Shown here piece after piece: positions 17,801 to 29,700 of a stretch of 57,111 bases of DNA (its first letter is position 1; the number at the start of each line of letters is the position of its first letter). The position numbers and the translations under genes were made by a program. The notes beneath the pieces are model-generated. The model had not been told where the DNA came from and made no database searches. It saw only the letters and a list, made by a program, of their open reading frames with translations. Source of the DNA: Flavobacteriales bacterium (GTDB lineage Bacteria; Bacteroidota; Bacteroidia; Flavobacteriales_D; Crocinitomicaceae); the NCBI GenBank assembly GCA_947461635.1, contig CANHMH010000001.1:1-57111 (forward strand), written 5' to 3'.

Positions 17801-20546
17801 GAAACATCGAGCGAATTTACTAAATATTGCGATTATCCTTCTGTTTGTTTTATCAGCATGTGATTTAACGCGCAATGTCCCTCAGGGAAAATACTTGTTG
17901 CGTTCTAATTTAATTGATGTCAAAGACAATTCAACAATAGATAAGTACGCGCTTGGTTTAATTATAAGACAACAACCAAACCAACGAAATTTTTACTTGA
18001 ATGTCAAATTGCGCATTTACAATGCCATCGACTCAGCAAAAGTTGCTCACAAAAGAGAAGTGAAATACAAATCATTTCTATCTAAACAAACACGAAAAGA
18101 AAATAAGGTCATTGAGGTCAATAAAAAACGCAATGAAAAGGCCTATCGTCGAGGTGACTCCACATTTATTGTGAAGGAATTCAAACCCGCTGAGTTTACC
18201 AAAGTGCTTTGGAAAGAAAAAGTAAAATATAAATTCGGTCAAAAGCCAATTGTTTTTGATACACTTCTATACCAAAAGAGCATCGAACAACTTGGATTCT
18301 ATTTGCGAAAAAAGGGTTATTACTATGCAAAAGTTTCCAGTGAACTTAAATTCAACGAGAAAAAACGATTTGTTTATCCAAGTTATGTCATCGAAACGGG
18401 TCCTCAGTATGTCATTGATTCTGTTCAATACATTGGTGCCAATCTTTTGCTTAACAAGAATAATGCCTACATAAAGAAACAAAAAGATGAAACAGGAGAA
18501 CATCCACTCATTGGAAAATCATTTGATACTGACTATTTGAATGATTATCGCGAACAGGCAGCAAAGTTTTTACGTGACAATCAGGTGTACAAGTTTTCGT
18601 CTAGCAGTATTTCATACACCGCCGATACGAATAAGCGTAACATGACTGTTCGATTAATCGTGCAGTTTGACGACCGTTACATTGCCTCTGAAACGAAAAA
18701 AGATAGTTTGATCCGAGTTCCTTATGTTGAGATGACTGTTTCTGATGTCTTTTTCCACCTTTCGGATACCGTGAACATGGATGCTAGTTTTGCTATGTTG
18801 ATGAAAGACCAACAGTTGAGTTTATATGACCCTATCGCGCCACAATTCCTTCGAACCACGAATTCATTTATTTATGATGAGATTCCTTATTCAAAAAAGC
18901 AATTAAAAGAAAAAAATGTTCCTCGCGGTACCCCTCATCCATTTAGAAAAATCACGGTAACTTATAATGGTGAGAAACCTTGGATAAAACCTTCTGTTTT
19001 GGAACTTCAAAATTATTTGGAAAATGAAAACAAATACAAGGAATATTATTTAGATCGAAGCTATCGCGCTATTGTTCAGTTAAATGTTTTTAGTTCAGTT
19101 AAACCCATTATAATTGAACAACCGGGCAATAAATTAGCGGTCCATTATTTTCTTGAACCAGCAAAAAAACAAACCTATGGTTTTGATCCGAAGTTCACAT
19201 CTTCAACCGGTTTATTAGGTGCAAATGCCTCCTTTAATTATACGAATAAAAACATCAATAGGGGTGCAGGGAAAATGACTTTTTCATTTGGAGGTGGATT
19301 TGAATCTCAACCCTTGGTATTCCAAGATGAATCCGGTGAAACGGTAGGAGCAGGAAAAGGTAGAACCTTTAACACCTTTGAATTTGGACCAAGTTTGAAG
19401 TTTGAAATACCTGGATTATTCCCAACTCCTGTAACCTTGTTAGGTAAAAGACAGAAACCGAGAACAGTACTTTCTACTGCATACAATGTTGAAAAACGAA
19501 GCATTTTCGACCGAAGTGTTTTTCAGTTAAATTACATGTGGAAATTCTTGGTAGGAAAGTCCCAGGTTTTTCAAATGGGTTTGCCAGGTGCATCGGTAAT
19601 CAAATATGTAGCGATCAAGAAAAGTCCAGCCTTTCAGCAGCAATTAAACCAAATAAATGATGTGTTTTTAAATTCGACATATGACAATCAGTTCATATGG
19701 CAAGACTTTAAATTCTCCTTCGAGTATAGCAATAAAGAGAAGGATTTGAAGGATGGTAAGGAGCGTAAAAATTTAGCGAATCTTTCTATTTATTTCAACT
19801 CTACGTTCGATGCTGCTGGAAATCTCCTCTATCAATTCCGAGAAAGACAAGATACCTTAAATGGTCAATATTTATTGAGAAATCTGCCATATTCACAGTT
19901 CGTAAGATTAGACAATCAATTCATTATGAGCAAGCGTGTTTTATCTGGTTCTTCCATACATTTAAAAGTAACTGCAGGAGCTGGTTTACCCTACAAAAAT
20001 TCGAAAACAGCCATGCCTTATGATTATAGTTTCTTTGGTGGTGGATCAAATGATAACCGAGGTTGGCGAGCAAGGGCTTTGGGTCCAGGTTCGTATAAGT
20101 ATCATTTGGATACAAATCGCTTGGCTACACAGATTGCAGATATTCGTTTCGCCGGATCACTTGAATACCGCTTTAGTTTAGGGGAGACATTGAAAGGTGC
20201 GATATTCACAGATTTTGGTAACATTTGGACTTTTAGAGAAGATGCGAGTAGGGTTGGAAGTCAATTTCAATGGAAAACTTTTTTCCCGGAGATTGCTGTT
20301 TCATCCGGTGTGGGTCTCCGGTTGAATTTGGATTTTTTCATCATCCGTTTGGATGTCGGATTTCCAATTTACAATCCTGCTTTTGCCAATGGAGCGAAAT
20401 GGGTATTTCAAGAAATGGGAACACGCCAAACCTATTATCAAGAAGGAATGGATCATTTTAACATGGGTCTAGATGAAGTGAAGAAAATAATGCCCAAACC
20501 TTTTCTTCCAAATTACTTGAATTTTGGTATTGGTTACCCATTCTAA
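17799..20546 (+). CDS. Omp85 (BamA/TamA) family outer-membrane protein with lipoprotein signal (TamL-like)
   Basis: Lipobox in MKHRANLLNIAIILLFVLSAC. C-terminal surface-antigen beta-barrel ending in GIGYPF (terminal aromatic residue). Confidence 0.7.
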   Translation: MKHRANLLNIAIILLFVLSACDLTRNVPQGKYLLRSNLIDVKDNSTIDKYALGLIIRQQPNQRNFYLNVKLRIYNAIDSAKVAHKREVKYKSFLSKQTRKENKVIEVNKKRNEKAYRRGDSTFIVKEFKPAEFTKVLWKEKVKYKFGQKPIVFDTLLYQKSIEQLGFYLRKKGYYYAKVSSELKFNEKKRFVYPSYVIETGPQYVIDSVQYIGANLLLNKNNAYIKKQKDETGEHPLIGKSFDTDYLNDYREQAAKFLRDNQVYKFSSSSISYTADTNKRNMTVRLIVQFDDRYIASETKKDSLIRVPYVEMTVSDVFFHLSDTVNMDASFAMLMKDQQLSLYDPIAPQFLRTTNSFIYDEIPYSKKQLKEKNVPRGTPHPFRKITVTYNGEKPWIKPSVLELQNYLENENKYKEYYLDRSYRAIVQLNVFSSVKPIIIEQPGNKLAVHYFLEPAKKQTYGFDPKFTSSTGLLGANASFNYTNKNINRGAGKMTFSFGGGFESQPLVFQDESGETVGAGKGRTFNTFEFGPSLKFEIPGLFPTPVTLLGKRQKPRTVLSTAYNVEKRSIFDRSVFQLNYMWKFLVGKSQVFQMGLPGASVIKYVAIKKSPAFQQQLNQINDVFLNSTYDNQFIWQDFKFSFEYSNKEKDLKDGKERKNLANLSIYFNSTFDAAGNLLYQFRERQDTLNGQYLLRNLPYSQFVRLDNQFIMSKRVLSGSSIHLKVTAGAGLPYKNSKTAMPYDYSFFGGGSNDNRGWRARALGPGSYKYHLDTNRLATQIADIRFAGSLEYRFSLGETLKGAIFTDFGNIWTFREDASRVGSQFQWKTFFPEIAVSSGVGLRLNLDFFIIRLDVGFPIYNPAFANGAKWVFQEMGTRQTYYQEGMDHFNMGLDEVKKIMPKPFLPNYLNFGIGYPF

Positions 20547-20555
20547 TAAAATGTT

Positions 20556-22190
20556 ATGTTGAGATATTCTTCTGTGTTTTTCACATTCTTTTTCCTATTA
20601 AACTCATGCATGAAAGGGCAGAAAGTGGATTTAATTGTTCACAACGCAAAAATCCATGTCATGAACGATGCAGGTTCTGTGTATGATGCAATGGCCATTC
20701 GAGATGGGGAGATTATTGAAGTAGGACCAGAACGTCAAATACTAAACAAATACCGCTGTGATGAGGAAATTGATGCACTAGGCAAAGATGTGTATCCTGG
20801 ACTAACTGATGCACATGGGCATTTACTCATGTATGCGAATCAAAAACTTGGCGTGGACCTATCTGGAGCGAAGTCCATGGATGAAGTGATTTACCGCTGC
20901 GAAAAATACTATGCCAAGTCAAGTAATAAATTTATTATCGGAGGCGGGTGGGACGAATCCCTCTGGAGCAATGACTCTGTGCCAAATAATAAAAGACTGT
21001 CAGAGGTTTTTAAGAATATTCCCGTTTGTTTATATCGTGTAGATGGACACGCCGCATTGGCGAATCAATTCCTCATTCAAAAAGCAAAGGTAAGCGAAGG
21101 GAAAATCGATGGGGGTGAAGTGAAAATCGAAAATGGAGCACCATCGGGATTACTTGTCGACAATGCGATTAATTTGGTTTCAAAACATCTACCCGCGTAT
21201 CCATTGAATCAAGTAAAGGATGCCATTCTTGAAATCCAAGAGGAATTACTTCAATATGGTATTACAGGAACCCATGAAGCAGGGATAGATTTTAAACACA
21301 TTCAGCTATTTAAATCGATGGTTTCTAGTGGTAAATATCACTTGGAATTATACGCAATGTTAATGAATTCACCAGAAAACAGAGCATTTGCAGCGAAAAA
21401 TGGTCCTTATCGTTTTCGTAATTTATCCATTCGAAGTTTCAAAGTGTTTGCAGATGGTTCCCTTGGGTCTAGAAGTGCTCTTTTGAAAAAGCCTTACAGC
21501 GATGATCACCAGAATCATGGCTTACTTTTAACTTCAGTTTATGAGATGCGTAAAATTGCACAGTTTTGTTTGAAGAATGGTTTTCAAATGAATACGCATG
21601 GAATTGGAGATTCTGCGAATGCACTCGTTTTAGAAATATATAAAAATGCGTTTGAAAGAAATCCTGATCATCGCTTTCGACTGGAACATTCCCAAATTAT
21701 TGACCCTGCTGACTTCTCGAAATTTTCTCAATATGCCGTTTTCCCATCTGTTCAACCAACACATGCTACGACAGATCAACGTTGGGCGGAAAAACGATTA
21801 GGGAAAGACCGACTTTTAGGCGCATATGCTTACAAAAGTTTACTTCGTCAATATGGAATGTTGGCCATTGGAACTGATTTTCCCGTGGAGTCAACGAATC
21901 CATTTTATACAATTCATGCGGCCGTTCAACGTAAAAACCCGAAAAATGAACCTTTGAATGGTTTTCTTGTGAAGGAATCTTTAACGTTTGATGAAGTCAT
22001 CAGAGGAATGACTATTTGGGCAGCCTTTTCATCCTTTCAAGAAAATGAACTTGGAAGTTTGGAAAAAGGGAAAAAGGCCAATTTTGTCATCTTTGATAAA
22101 CCTTTAGAAAGTAAATCTACCTTTGATCAAAACTACGCGTGGATGACATTTATTCGTGGAAAAAAGGTATATTCATTAAATGAACTGTAA
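20556..22190 (+). CDS. Amidohydrolase family (amidohydrolase_3-like) metal-dependent hydrolase
   Basis: 544 aa. Lipoprotein-like N-terminus (LLNSC), metal-binding motif LTDAHGHLL, and the typical length and layout. Confidence 0.7.
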   Translation: MLRYSSVFFTFFFLLNSCMKGQKVDLIVHNAKIHVMNDAGSVYDAMAIRDGEIIEVGPERQILNKYRCDEEIDALGKDVYPGLTDAHGHLLMYANQKLGVDLSGAKSMDEVIYRCEKYYAKSSNKFIIGGGWDESLWSNDSVPNNKRLSEVFKNIPVCLYRVDGHAALANQFLIQKAKVSEGKIDGGEVKIENGAPSGLLVDNAINLVSKHLPAYPLNQVKDAILEIQEELLQYGITGTHEAGIDFKHIQLFKSMVSSGKYHLELYAMLMNSPENRAFAAKNGPYRFRNLSIRSFKVFADGSLGSRSALLKKPYSDDHQNHGLLLTSVYEMRKIAQFCLKNGFQMNTHGIGDSANALVLEIYKNAFERNPDHRFRLEHSQIIDPADFSKFSQYAVFPSVQPTHATTDQRWAEKRLGKDRLLGAYAYKSLLRQYGMLAIGTDFPVESTNPFYTIHAAVQRKNPKNEPLNGFLVKESLTFDEVIRGMTIWAAFSSFQENELGSLEKGKKANFVIFDKPLESKSTFDQNYAWMTFIRGKKVYSLNEL

Positions 22191-22230
22191 GTTTTAGTGT
22201 TACCTATCTTTCTCATTAACGTTTAATTTT

Positions 22231-22238
22231 TAAATTTG
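22231..22238 (+). promoter_or_regulatory. -7 box TAAATTTG immediately upstream of the S8 peptidase gene
   Basis: Exact match only 6 nt before ATG 22245. If functional, it implies a near-leaderless mRNA. A near-match TATCTTTC at 22205-22212 is an alternative. Confidence 0.3.
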
Positions 22239-22244
22239 AAAAAA

Positions 22245-23633
22245 ATGCAAATGAAAACAGCAAACTATTTACTTATTGTTTTTGGACTAGGCTTTACGCA
22301 AGTTTTTGCTCAAGCAATACCAGGAACACTAAATTGGTATAACGGAAGTGGGCAAGGAATGCATACGGAAGAAGCGTATAAAATGCTCAAGAAAAAGAAA
22401 TCACAACCTGTTGTTGTAGCAGTAATTGACTCAGGTGTTGATATTGAACACGAGGATTTACAAGGAAAAATCTGGATAAATACAAAAGAGATTCCTGGAA
22501 ACAAAATTGATGACGATAAAAACGGATTTATCGATGACGTTCATGGGTGGAATTTCCTTGGGAATGCATCCGGGGCTAACCAAGAAAATGCGCGATTGGA
22601 AAAAACCCGCATCTACGCAAGACTAAAAGATAAATATGACGGAGTTGATCCAAAAACGTTGTTCGATGACACGGAATATTTCATGTACGCAAATGCGAAA
22701 GCAGAAGTGGAGGGAGAACTTGAAAATTTTGAGCAATACAAAGAAGGTTTAGCAAACGGACTCTTTGACGAGGAAACAAAAAAGTACATCGAAGATCAAT
22801 TAAATTATAACCTGAACATTTATTACGACGATCGCACCTTAATCGGTGATAATCCCTTAGATTTTTCAGATGTAAATTATGGAAATAGTGATGTAGAAGG
22901 TCCTGACGCTTTGCACGGAACACACGTTTCAGGAATTATTGCTGCAATCCGCGGAAATGATAAAGGTGGAGATGGTGTAGCTGAAAACGTGAAGATCATG
23001 TCTGTTCGAACAGTACCTAATGGTGATGAGCAAGATAAGGATGTGGCATTGGCGATTCGTTATGCCGTAAATAATGGCGCTCAAGTGATTAATATGTCCT
23101 TCGGTAAGGATTACTCTCCCAATCAATACGAAGTGTATTTAGCGATGGCTTACGCAGATTCAATGGGAGTATTGATGATTCATGCAGCAGGAAACGATGC
23201 AAAGGATGTGGATTATGAACCGAATTTCCCAACGGCAAAGTATGATTTTCAAGAGGTGTCTTTTGCTCATTTGTTGACAATTGGTGCATCAACGCGTGAA
23301 ACAGGTGAAGCGAGGGTGGCTAGTTTCTCTAATTTTGGACAAACAACAGTAGACGTTTTTGCCCCAGGTTTAGAAATTTACAATTCGGTGCCGCAAAGTG
23401 CTTATATGAACTTGCAAGGGACATCAATGGCTGCTCCAATGGTTGCTGGTGCAGCAGCTATGCTAAAGTCTTACTTCCCTAACTTGAGTATGTTCGAAAT
23501 TAAAAACATCCTCTTGCAAACAGCCACGAGGTATACGGATTTTGATTTCCCTTTACTATCTGTAACAGGTGGAATTATTAACTTGAAAGAAGCTGTTAAA
23601 GCGTGTAAAAAAGCCGATAAAGCACAAAAATAA
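22245..23633 (+). CDS. S8 family (subtilisin-like) serine peptidase, secreted
   Basis: Catalytic triad contexts VAVIDSGVD, HGTHVSGIIAA and GTSMAAPMVAGAAA, plus a signal peptide. ATG 22245 is preferred over TTG 22236. Confidence 0.85.
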   Translation: MQMKTANYLLIVFGLGFTQVFAQAIPGTLNWYNGSGQGMHTEEAYKMLKKKKSQPVVVAVIDSGVDIEHEDLQGKIWINTKEIPGNKIDDDKNGFIDDVHGWNFLGNASGANQENARLEKTRIYARLKDKYDGVDPKTLFDDTEYFMYANAKAEVEGELENFEQYKEGLANGLFDEETKKYIEDQLNYNLNIYYDDRTLIGDNPLDFSDVNYGNSDVEGPDALHGTHVSGIIAAIRGNDKGGDGVAENVKIMSVRTVPNGDEQDKDVALAIRYAVNNGAQVINMSFGKDYSPNQYEVYLAMAYADSMGVLMIHAAGNDAKDVDYEPNFPTAKYDFQEVSFAHLLTIGASTRETGEARVASFSNFGQTTVDVFAPGLEIYNSVPQSAYMNLQGTSMAAPMVAGAAAMLKSYFPNLSMFEIKNILLQTATRYTDFDFPLLSVTGGIINLKEAVKACKKADKAQK

Positions 23634-23634
23634 G

Positions 23635-24096
23635 ATGCGCAAATCGTTACTTTTCCTTTTTTTATTTTCTGCCTCTTTTAGTTGGTCACAGTGGGAAGTT
23701 ACGTTTCGTCTGAATCAACTCGTGGATAACTGGCATTTATCGGCATCAAATGCGGACTTTCAAAAGTACTTCAATGCAACAACAGAAGATTTTGTTTTCC
23801 TAGGTACCGCTCCGGGTGAACGCTGGAATAAAGTCGAATTTCAATCTTTTTGTAAACCATATTTCGATAAAGGAAAAGCTTGGGATTTTAAACCTAGTAA
23901 GCGGATATGGAATTTTACCGCGAACGGCACAGTCGCATATTTCGATGAGGATCTTGAAACTTGGATGGAATCCTGTCGCGGAAGTGGTATATGTGTCTTG
24001 GATGCAAACGGAGAATGGAAGATTGCTTATTACAATTTGACGGTATTGATTGAAAATGAGAAAATCAAAGAATTCATAAAGCTGCGCAAGAAATAA
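23635..24096 (+). CDS. Secreted NTF2/SnoaL-like fold protein (hypothetical)
   Basis: 153 aa with a signal peptide. Size and pattern are consistent with a SnoaL/DUF4440-like protein. This is a weak call. Confidence 0.35.
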   Translation: MRKSLLFLFLFSASFSWSQWEVTFRLNQLVDNWHLSASNADFQKYFNATTEDFVFLGTAPGERWNKVEFQSFCKPYFDKGKAWDFKPSKRIWNFTANGTVAYFDEDLETWMESCRGSGICVLDANGEWKIAYYNLTVLIENEKIKEFIKLRKK

Positions 24097-24965
24097 TGTT
24101 CGTTACAGATAATACGCTCAGCTCTGCAAAAAACTACTTTTTCGATCGACTAGCGGCCATATTCTCAACAACTGAATTGAAGTCCATGTGGACCCAAATT
24201 ATTTGTAAACGGATGAATTGGTCGACAAGTGAGTTGCTGTTAAATCAACAGGAACGTTTATCCGAATCAGATTTATTATATGTTCGTGGTTTTGTAAAAG
24301 GATTATTAAATCATGAGCCTTTTCAATACCTTCTTGGTGAAACTGAATTTTTTGGTTTGTCGATTTCGTGCGATGCGCGTGCCTTGATACCGCGTCCAGA
24401 AACAGAGGAACTCGTTGAGTGGATTACCCAAAGTACAAAAGATCCTAAACGAATGATAGATGTTTGTTCTGGAACAGCATGTATTTCCCTTGCATTAAAG
24501 TCCAAGTTTAGAAATGCGCTAGTTCAAGCCTTGGATTTCTCTCGCGACGCATTGAACTTAGGTGAGGAAAATGCCCGTAAATTACAACTTGATATTGAAG
24601 TAATCCATGAAGATGCGCTTAACTTTAGTGTTGCTTTCCTCTCTCAAGAGTTGAAATACGATGTAATCGTTTCCAATCCACCCTATATTCCCAATAAGGA
24701 GAGAATAACCATGTCAAAACATGTCCTTGATCATGAACCAGAAATGGCGCTTTTTGTGGACGATGTTGATCCCATTATTTTTTACAAAGAAATCATCAAA
24801 TTAGCAGATAAGAAGTTGGTTAAAGGTGGGCTTTTGTTTTTTGAATTGCATGAATCCTTTGGATATGAGGTGAAAGAATGTATTCAATTATTTGGATTTG
24901 AGGGAATTGAAATTCGAAATGATTTACAAGGAAAATCCCGAATGTTGAAAGCACAAAAAGTGTAA
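24096..24965 (+). CDS. prmC: Release factor glutamine N5-methyltransferase
   Basis: HemK/PrmC layout with LIPRPETEELVEW, the SAM motif DVCSGTACISL and the NPPY motif (VSNPPYI). The start overlaps the upstream stop (TAATG). Confidence 0.85.
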   Translation: MFVTDNTLSSAKNYFFDRLAAIFSTTELKSMWTQIICKRMNWSTSELLLNQQERLSESDLLYVRGFVKGLLNHEPFQYLLGETEFFGLSISCDARALIPRPETEELVEWITQSTKDPKRMIDVCSGTACISLALKSKFRNALVQALDFSRDALNLGEENARKLQLDIEVIHEDALNFSVAFLSQELKYDVIVSNPPYIPNKERITMSKHVLDHEPEMALFVDDVDPIIFYKEIIKLADKKLVKGGLLFFELHESFGYEVKECIQLFGFEGIEIRNDLQGKSRMLKAQKV

Positions 24966-24971
24966 CTTTAA

Positions 24972-26980
<2,009 letters not shown>

Positions 26981-26981
<1 letters not shown>

Positions 26982-27451
26982 TGAGTAGTAAAAATATTTG
27001 GGAGTCAGCTAAATCTTTGCTCGTTGCATTCAACTATGAAAATGAGGAGCAATTAAAAGATTTCAGAAAGTCCTTGGACAATATGCTCAATGAGAGCAAT
27101 GTTGACCGATTGATTATCGTTGTGAATGTGCCGAAGGAAGTGGATAAAAATACGCTCCCACCGCATTTTTTAATCTATTACAATTCTCCTCTTGACTTTA
27201 ATTTTTGGAGTAAGTTAAAAGATGTTCAATTAGAAACAGAATTAAATCGAACCTATGATTTATTAGTTTGGTTTGGAAATACCGACACAAAAATTTTCCC
27301 ATACGTACAGAATTCAGTTGTTCAACGTAAAATTATTGTGAATGAAAAAGATTCCTCTTTTGATTTGCAGTTAAATGCTGGATCTGAAAAGCCATCAGAA
27401 ATGCTTCATTTCGTCATCGAAACACTTAAAAAAATATCTTCAAATGAATAA
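26981..27451 (+). CDS. Hypothetical protein
   Basis: 156 aa. The GTG start overlaps the ligA stop (TAGTG) and the 3' end overlaps the dapA start by 8 nt. No motif recognised. Confidence 0.5.
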
Positions 27452-28322
27452 TCCATTCACTGGTGCAGGCGTAGCTTTAGTTACTCCATTTTTGGAAAAT
27501 GAACAAATTGACTTTGATGCGCTGCGTCGTTTGGTACGCATGCAAATTGATGAAGGAACGGATTTTCTTGTCGTTCAAGGTACTACAGGCGAATCACCTG
27601 TGCTGACTCAAGAAGAGAAAATGGAAGTGCTTCAAACAGTAATTGATGAAAATAAAGGTCAATTGCCCATTGTTTATGGCGTAGGAGGAAACAATACCCG
27701 TGCTTTGGAAGGGATTTTTGCGAAACTTCCGAATGGCGTCGATGGAATTTTGTCCGTTTCACCTTATTACAATAAACCGATTCAAAAAGGGATTGTTGAG
27801 CATTTTAAATTAGTAGCATCCTATACGGATTTACCAATTATTCTATACAATGTTCCGGGTCGAACGGGCTCAAATATGACACCGGAAACAACTTTGGCTT
27901 TGAGTGAAATCCATAATATTGTTGCGGTAAAAGAGGCTTCTGGAAACATGGAGCAAATTATGGAAATTATCCGTTTGCGTCGTCCGGATTTCGGTGTGCT
28001 TTCTGGTGATGATAATTTAACCATGCCATTGATCGCAGCTGGTGCCGATGGAGTGATTTCCGTGGTTGCCAATGCCTTCCCTAAAAAGTTTTCTGCGATG
28101 GTTCATGCTTCTATGACAGGAGATCTTGATACAGCGAGAAAAGAACACTATGACTTGTTTAACATCACGAAAATGTTCTTTGAAGAAGGAAATCCAGGTG
28201 GTGTAAAAGTAGCCTTAAACGTTCAAAACATCATGTTGGAGAAAATGCGCTTGCCGTTGCATCCTGTTTCTGATGGACTTCGTCAACGCATTACAAGCGA
28301 AACACAGGCAATATTGGCATGA
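27444..28322 (+). CDS. dapA: 4-hydroxy-tetrahydrodipicolinate synthase
   Basis: MNNPFTGAGVALVTPF..., GTTGES, and the Schiff-base lysine context IVAVKEASG. ATG 27444 is preferred over the listed 27375. Confidence 0.9.
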   Translation: MNNPFTGAGVALVTPFLENEQIDFDALRRLVRMQIDEGTDFLVVQGTTGESPVLTQEEKMEVLQTVIDENKGQLPIVYGVGGNNTRALEGIFAKLPNGVDGILSVSPYYNKPIQKGIVEHFKLVASYTDLPIILYNVPGRTGSNMTPETTLALSEIHNIVAVKEASGNMEQIMEIIRLRRPDFGVLSGDDNLTMPLIAAGADGVISVVANAFPKKFSAMVHASMTGDLDTARKEHYDLFNITKMFFEEGNPGGVKVALNVQNIMLEKMRLPLHPVSDGLRQRITSETQAILA

Positions 28323-29074
28323 GAACGATCACTATAGTTCTTTCTATTTTTATTTTATTTTTTTCTTGTTCGGATGTCGTTCCGTCAAAAAAGCCAGAGG
28401 CCAAATCAACTAAAATTCCTAAGGTAGCTATTGAAGCGCTAGCCTCAGAAAAGCTAAAGGACACTACATTTTTGACACAATTTAATTTAGTGGATGTCCA
28501 ATCATTAAACAAGAATATATTCGTTGAGTTGAAATATGCTACATCGGATAATTTCATGGGCATTGTTTTGTACGACCGACTTAAAAATGCCTATTTGCAA
28601 AAGGATGTTGCCGAACGTCTTTCGAAAGTTCAAGATTATTTATCGGAAATAAAACCTGGTTTTCATTTGTTGATTTACGATGCACTTCGTCCTGTTAGCG
28701 TACAGCAAAAAATGTGGGACGCACTTGATTCTTTGCCTCCGGCACAACGTGGAAAGTTTGTATCCAATCCAAAGAACCGAAGTTTACATAACCTAGGTGC
28801 AGCTGTTGATTTAACGATTGTGAATCAAAACGGAGAACCGCTTGATATGGGTGCAGGATATGACGATATCCGTCAAATTGCTTATCCATCAAAAGAAAAA
28901 CAGTTTCTTGCTGAAGGAAAATTAAGTCCTGTTCATATAGAAAACAGAGACTTGCTACGGAAGGTAATGAAGTCGCAGAAATTTCGTCAACTTCAAACGG
29001 AATGGTGGCATTTTAATGCCTGTTCTCGTGAGGATGGACTTTTGAAATATAAAGTTCTGTTAGTAGAACCCTAA
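28319..29074 (+). CDS. M15 family D-alanyl-D-alanine dipeptidase (VanX/DdpX-like) with lipoprotein signal
   Basis: ATSDNFMG, YDALRP, HNLGAAVDLT and EWWHF motifs. N-terminal lipobox in LFFSC. ATGA overlap with the dapA stop. Confidence 0.75.
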   Translation: MRTITIVLSIFILFFSCSDVVPSKKPEAKSTKIPKVAIEALASEKLKDTTFLTQFNLVDVQSLNKNIFVELKYATSDNFMGIVLYDRLKNAYLQKDVAERLSKVQDYLSEIKPGFHLLIYDALRPVSVQQKMWDALDSLPPAQRGKFVSNPKNRSLHNLGAAVDLTIVNQNGEPLDMGAGYDDIRQIAYPSKEKQFLAEGKLSPVHIENRDLLRKVMKSQKFRQLQTEWWHFNACSREDGLLKYKVLLVEP

Positions 29075-29700
29075 TAACTTAAATAGATTTGCGTAGTGTC
29101 AAACGCAGTTGTATTCGCTTCTAAATATCCTTGATTTGTCGTGTTTATTACCCAATAAAGTAAGGAATAAAGTGTATTTCCCTTGTTGACGCAATAAATA
29201 GTGGTGTCCAAGGCCCCGTAAAAATCTTGTTCGGTACTCGGGCAGCATTCAGCACAAGAGGCATATCCGGATTGTTTAATGTAACGGAAATCATCCATAG
29301 AAAGAGGATTCTGGTTGACGAATTTTAAAGCCACCCATGATTGCGCCCAAGTTGTTAAATCGAATGTGTTTTCCTCTTTTAATTTTAATTCAGAGAAATA
29401 AATGGTTTTTTCAATCGGAAAATAAAGCGATTTATTGACACGAAGAATGTATTTCTCTAAACGTTCCCGCGGGACAATAAATTCAAATTTACCATCCGTC
29501 CCTAAGATTTTACTGGAAACAAATTGTTCGTTATTTGATGCCAAAGGAATTTTGTACAAGCTAATTTCCGCTCCCGAAAGTCCAGTTTGAAATGTCGCGT
29601 CTGTTACCGTACCGTTAATGATAAATTCTCCGGCACCTTTGTCACAGCCATAGAACAATCCAAGGATAGCGAAAAGAACAACAAATTTTAAGCGTTCCAT
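29071..29700 (-). CDS. Hypothetical lipoprotein with carboxypeptidase-regulatory-like N-terminal domain
   Basis: Lipobox in LGLFYGC. IINGTVTDATFQTGLSGAEISLY resembles CarboxypepD_reg. Confidence 0.4.
   Translation of the reverse strand: MERLKFVVLFAILGLFYGCDKGAGEFIINGTVTDATFQTGLSGAEISLYKIPLASNNEQFVSSKILGTDGKFEFIVPRERLEKYILRVNKSLYFPIEKTIYFSELKLKEENTFDLTTWAQSWVALKFVNQNPLSMDDFRYIKQSGYASCAECCPSTEQDFYGALDTTIYCVNKGNTLYSLLYWVINTTNQGYLEANTTAFDTTQIYLSY

Noticed and set aside
28319-29074. VanX homolog as a vancomycin-resistance determinant
   Set aside because: There is no vanH, vanA/B ligase or vanRS nearby. It is embedded in a housekeeping operon in a Gram-negative background.
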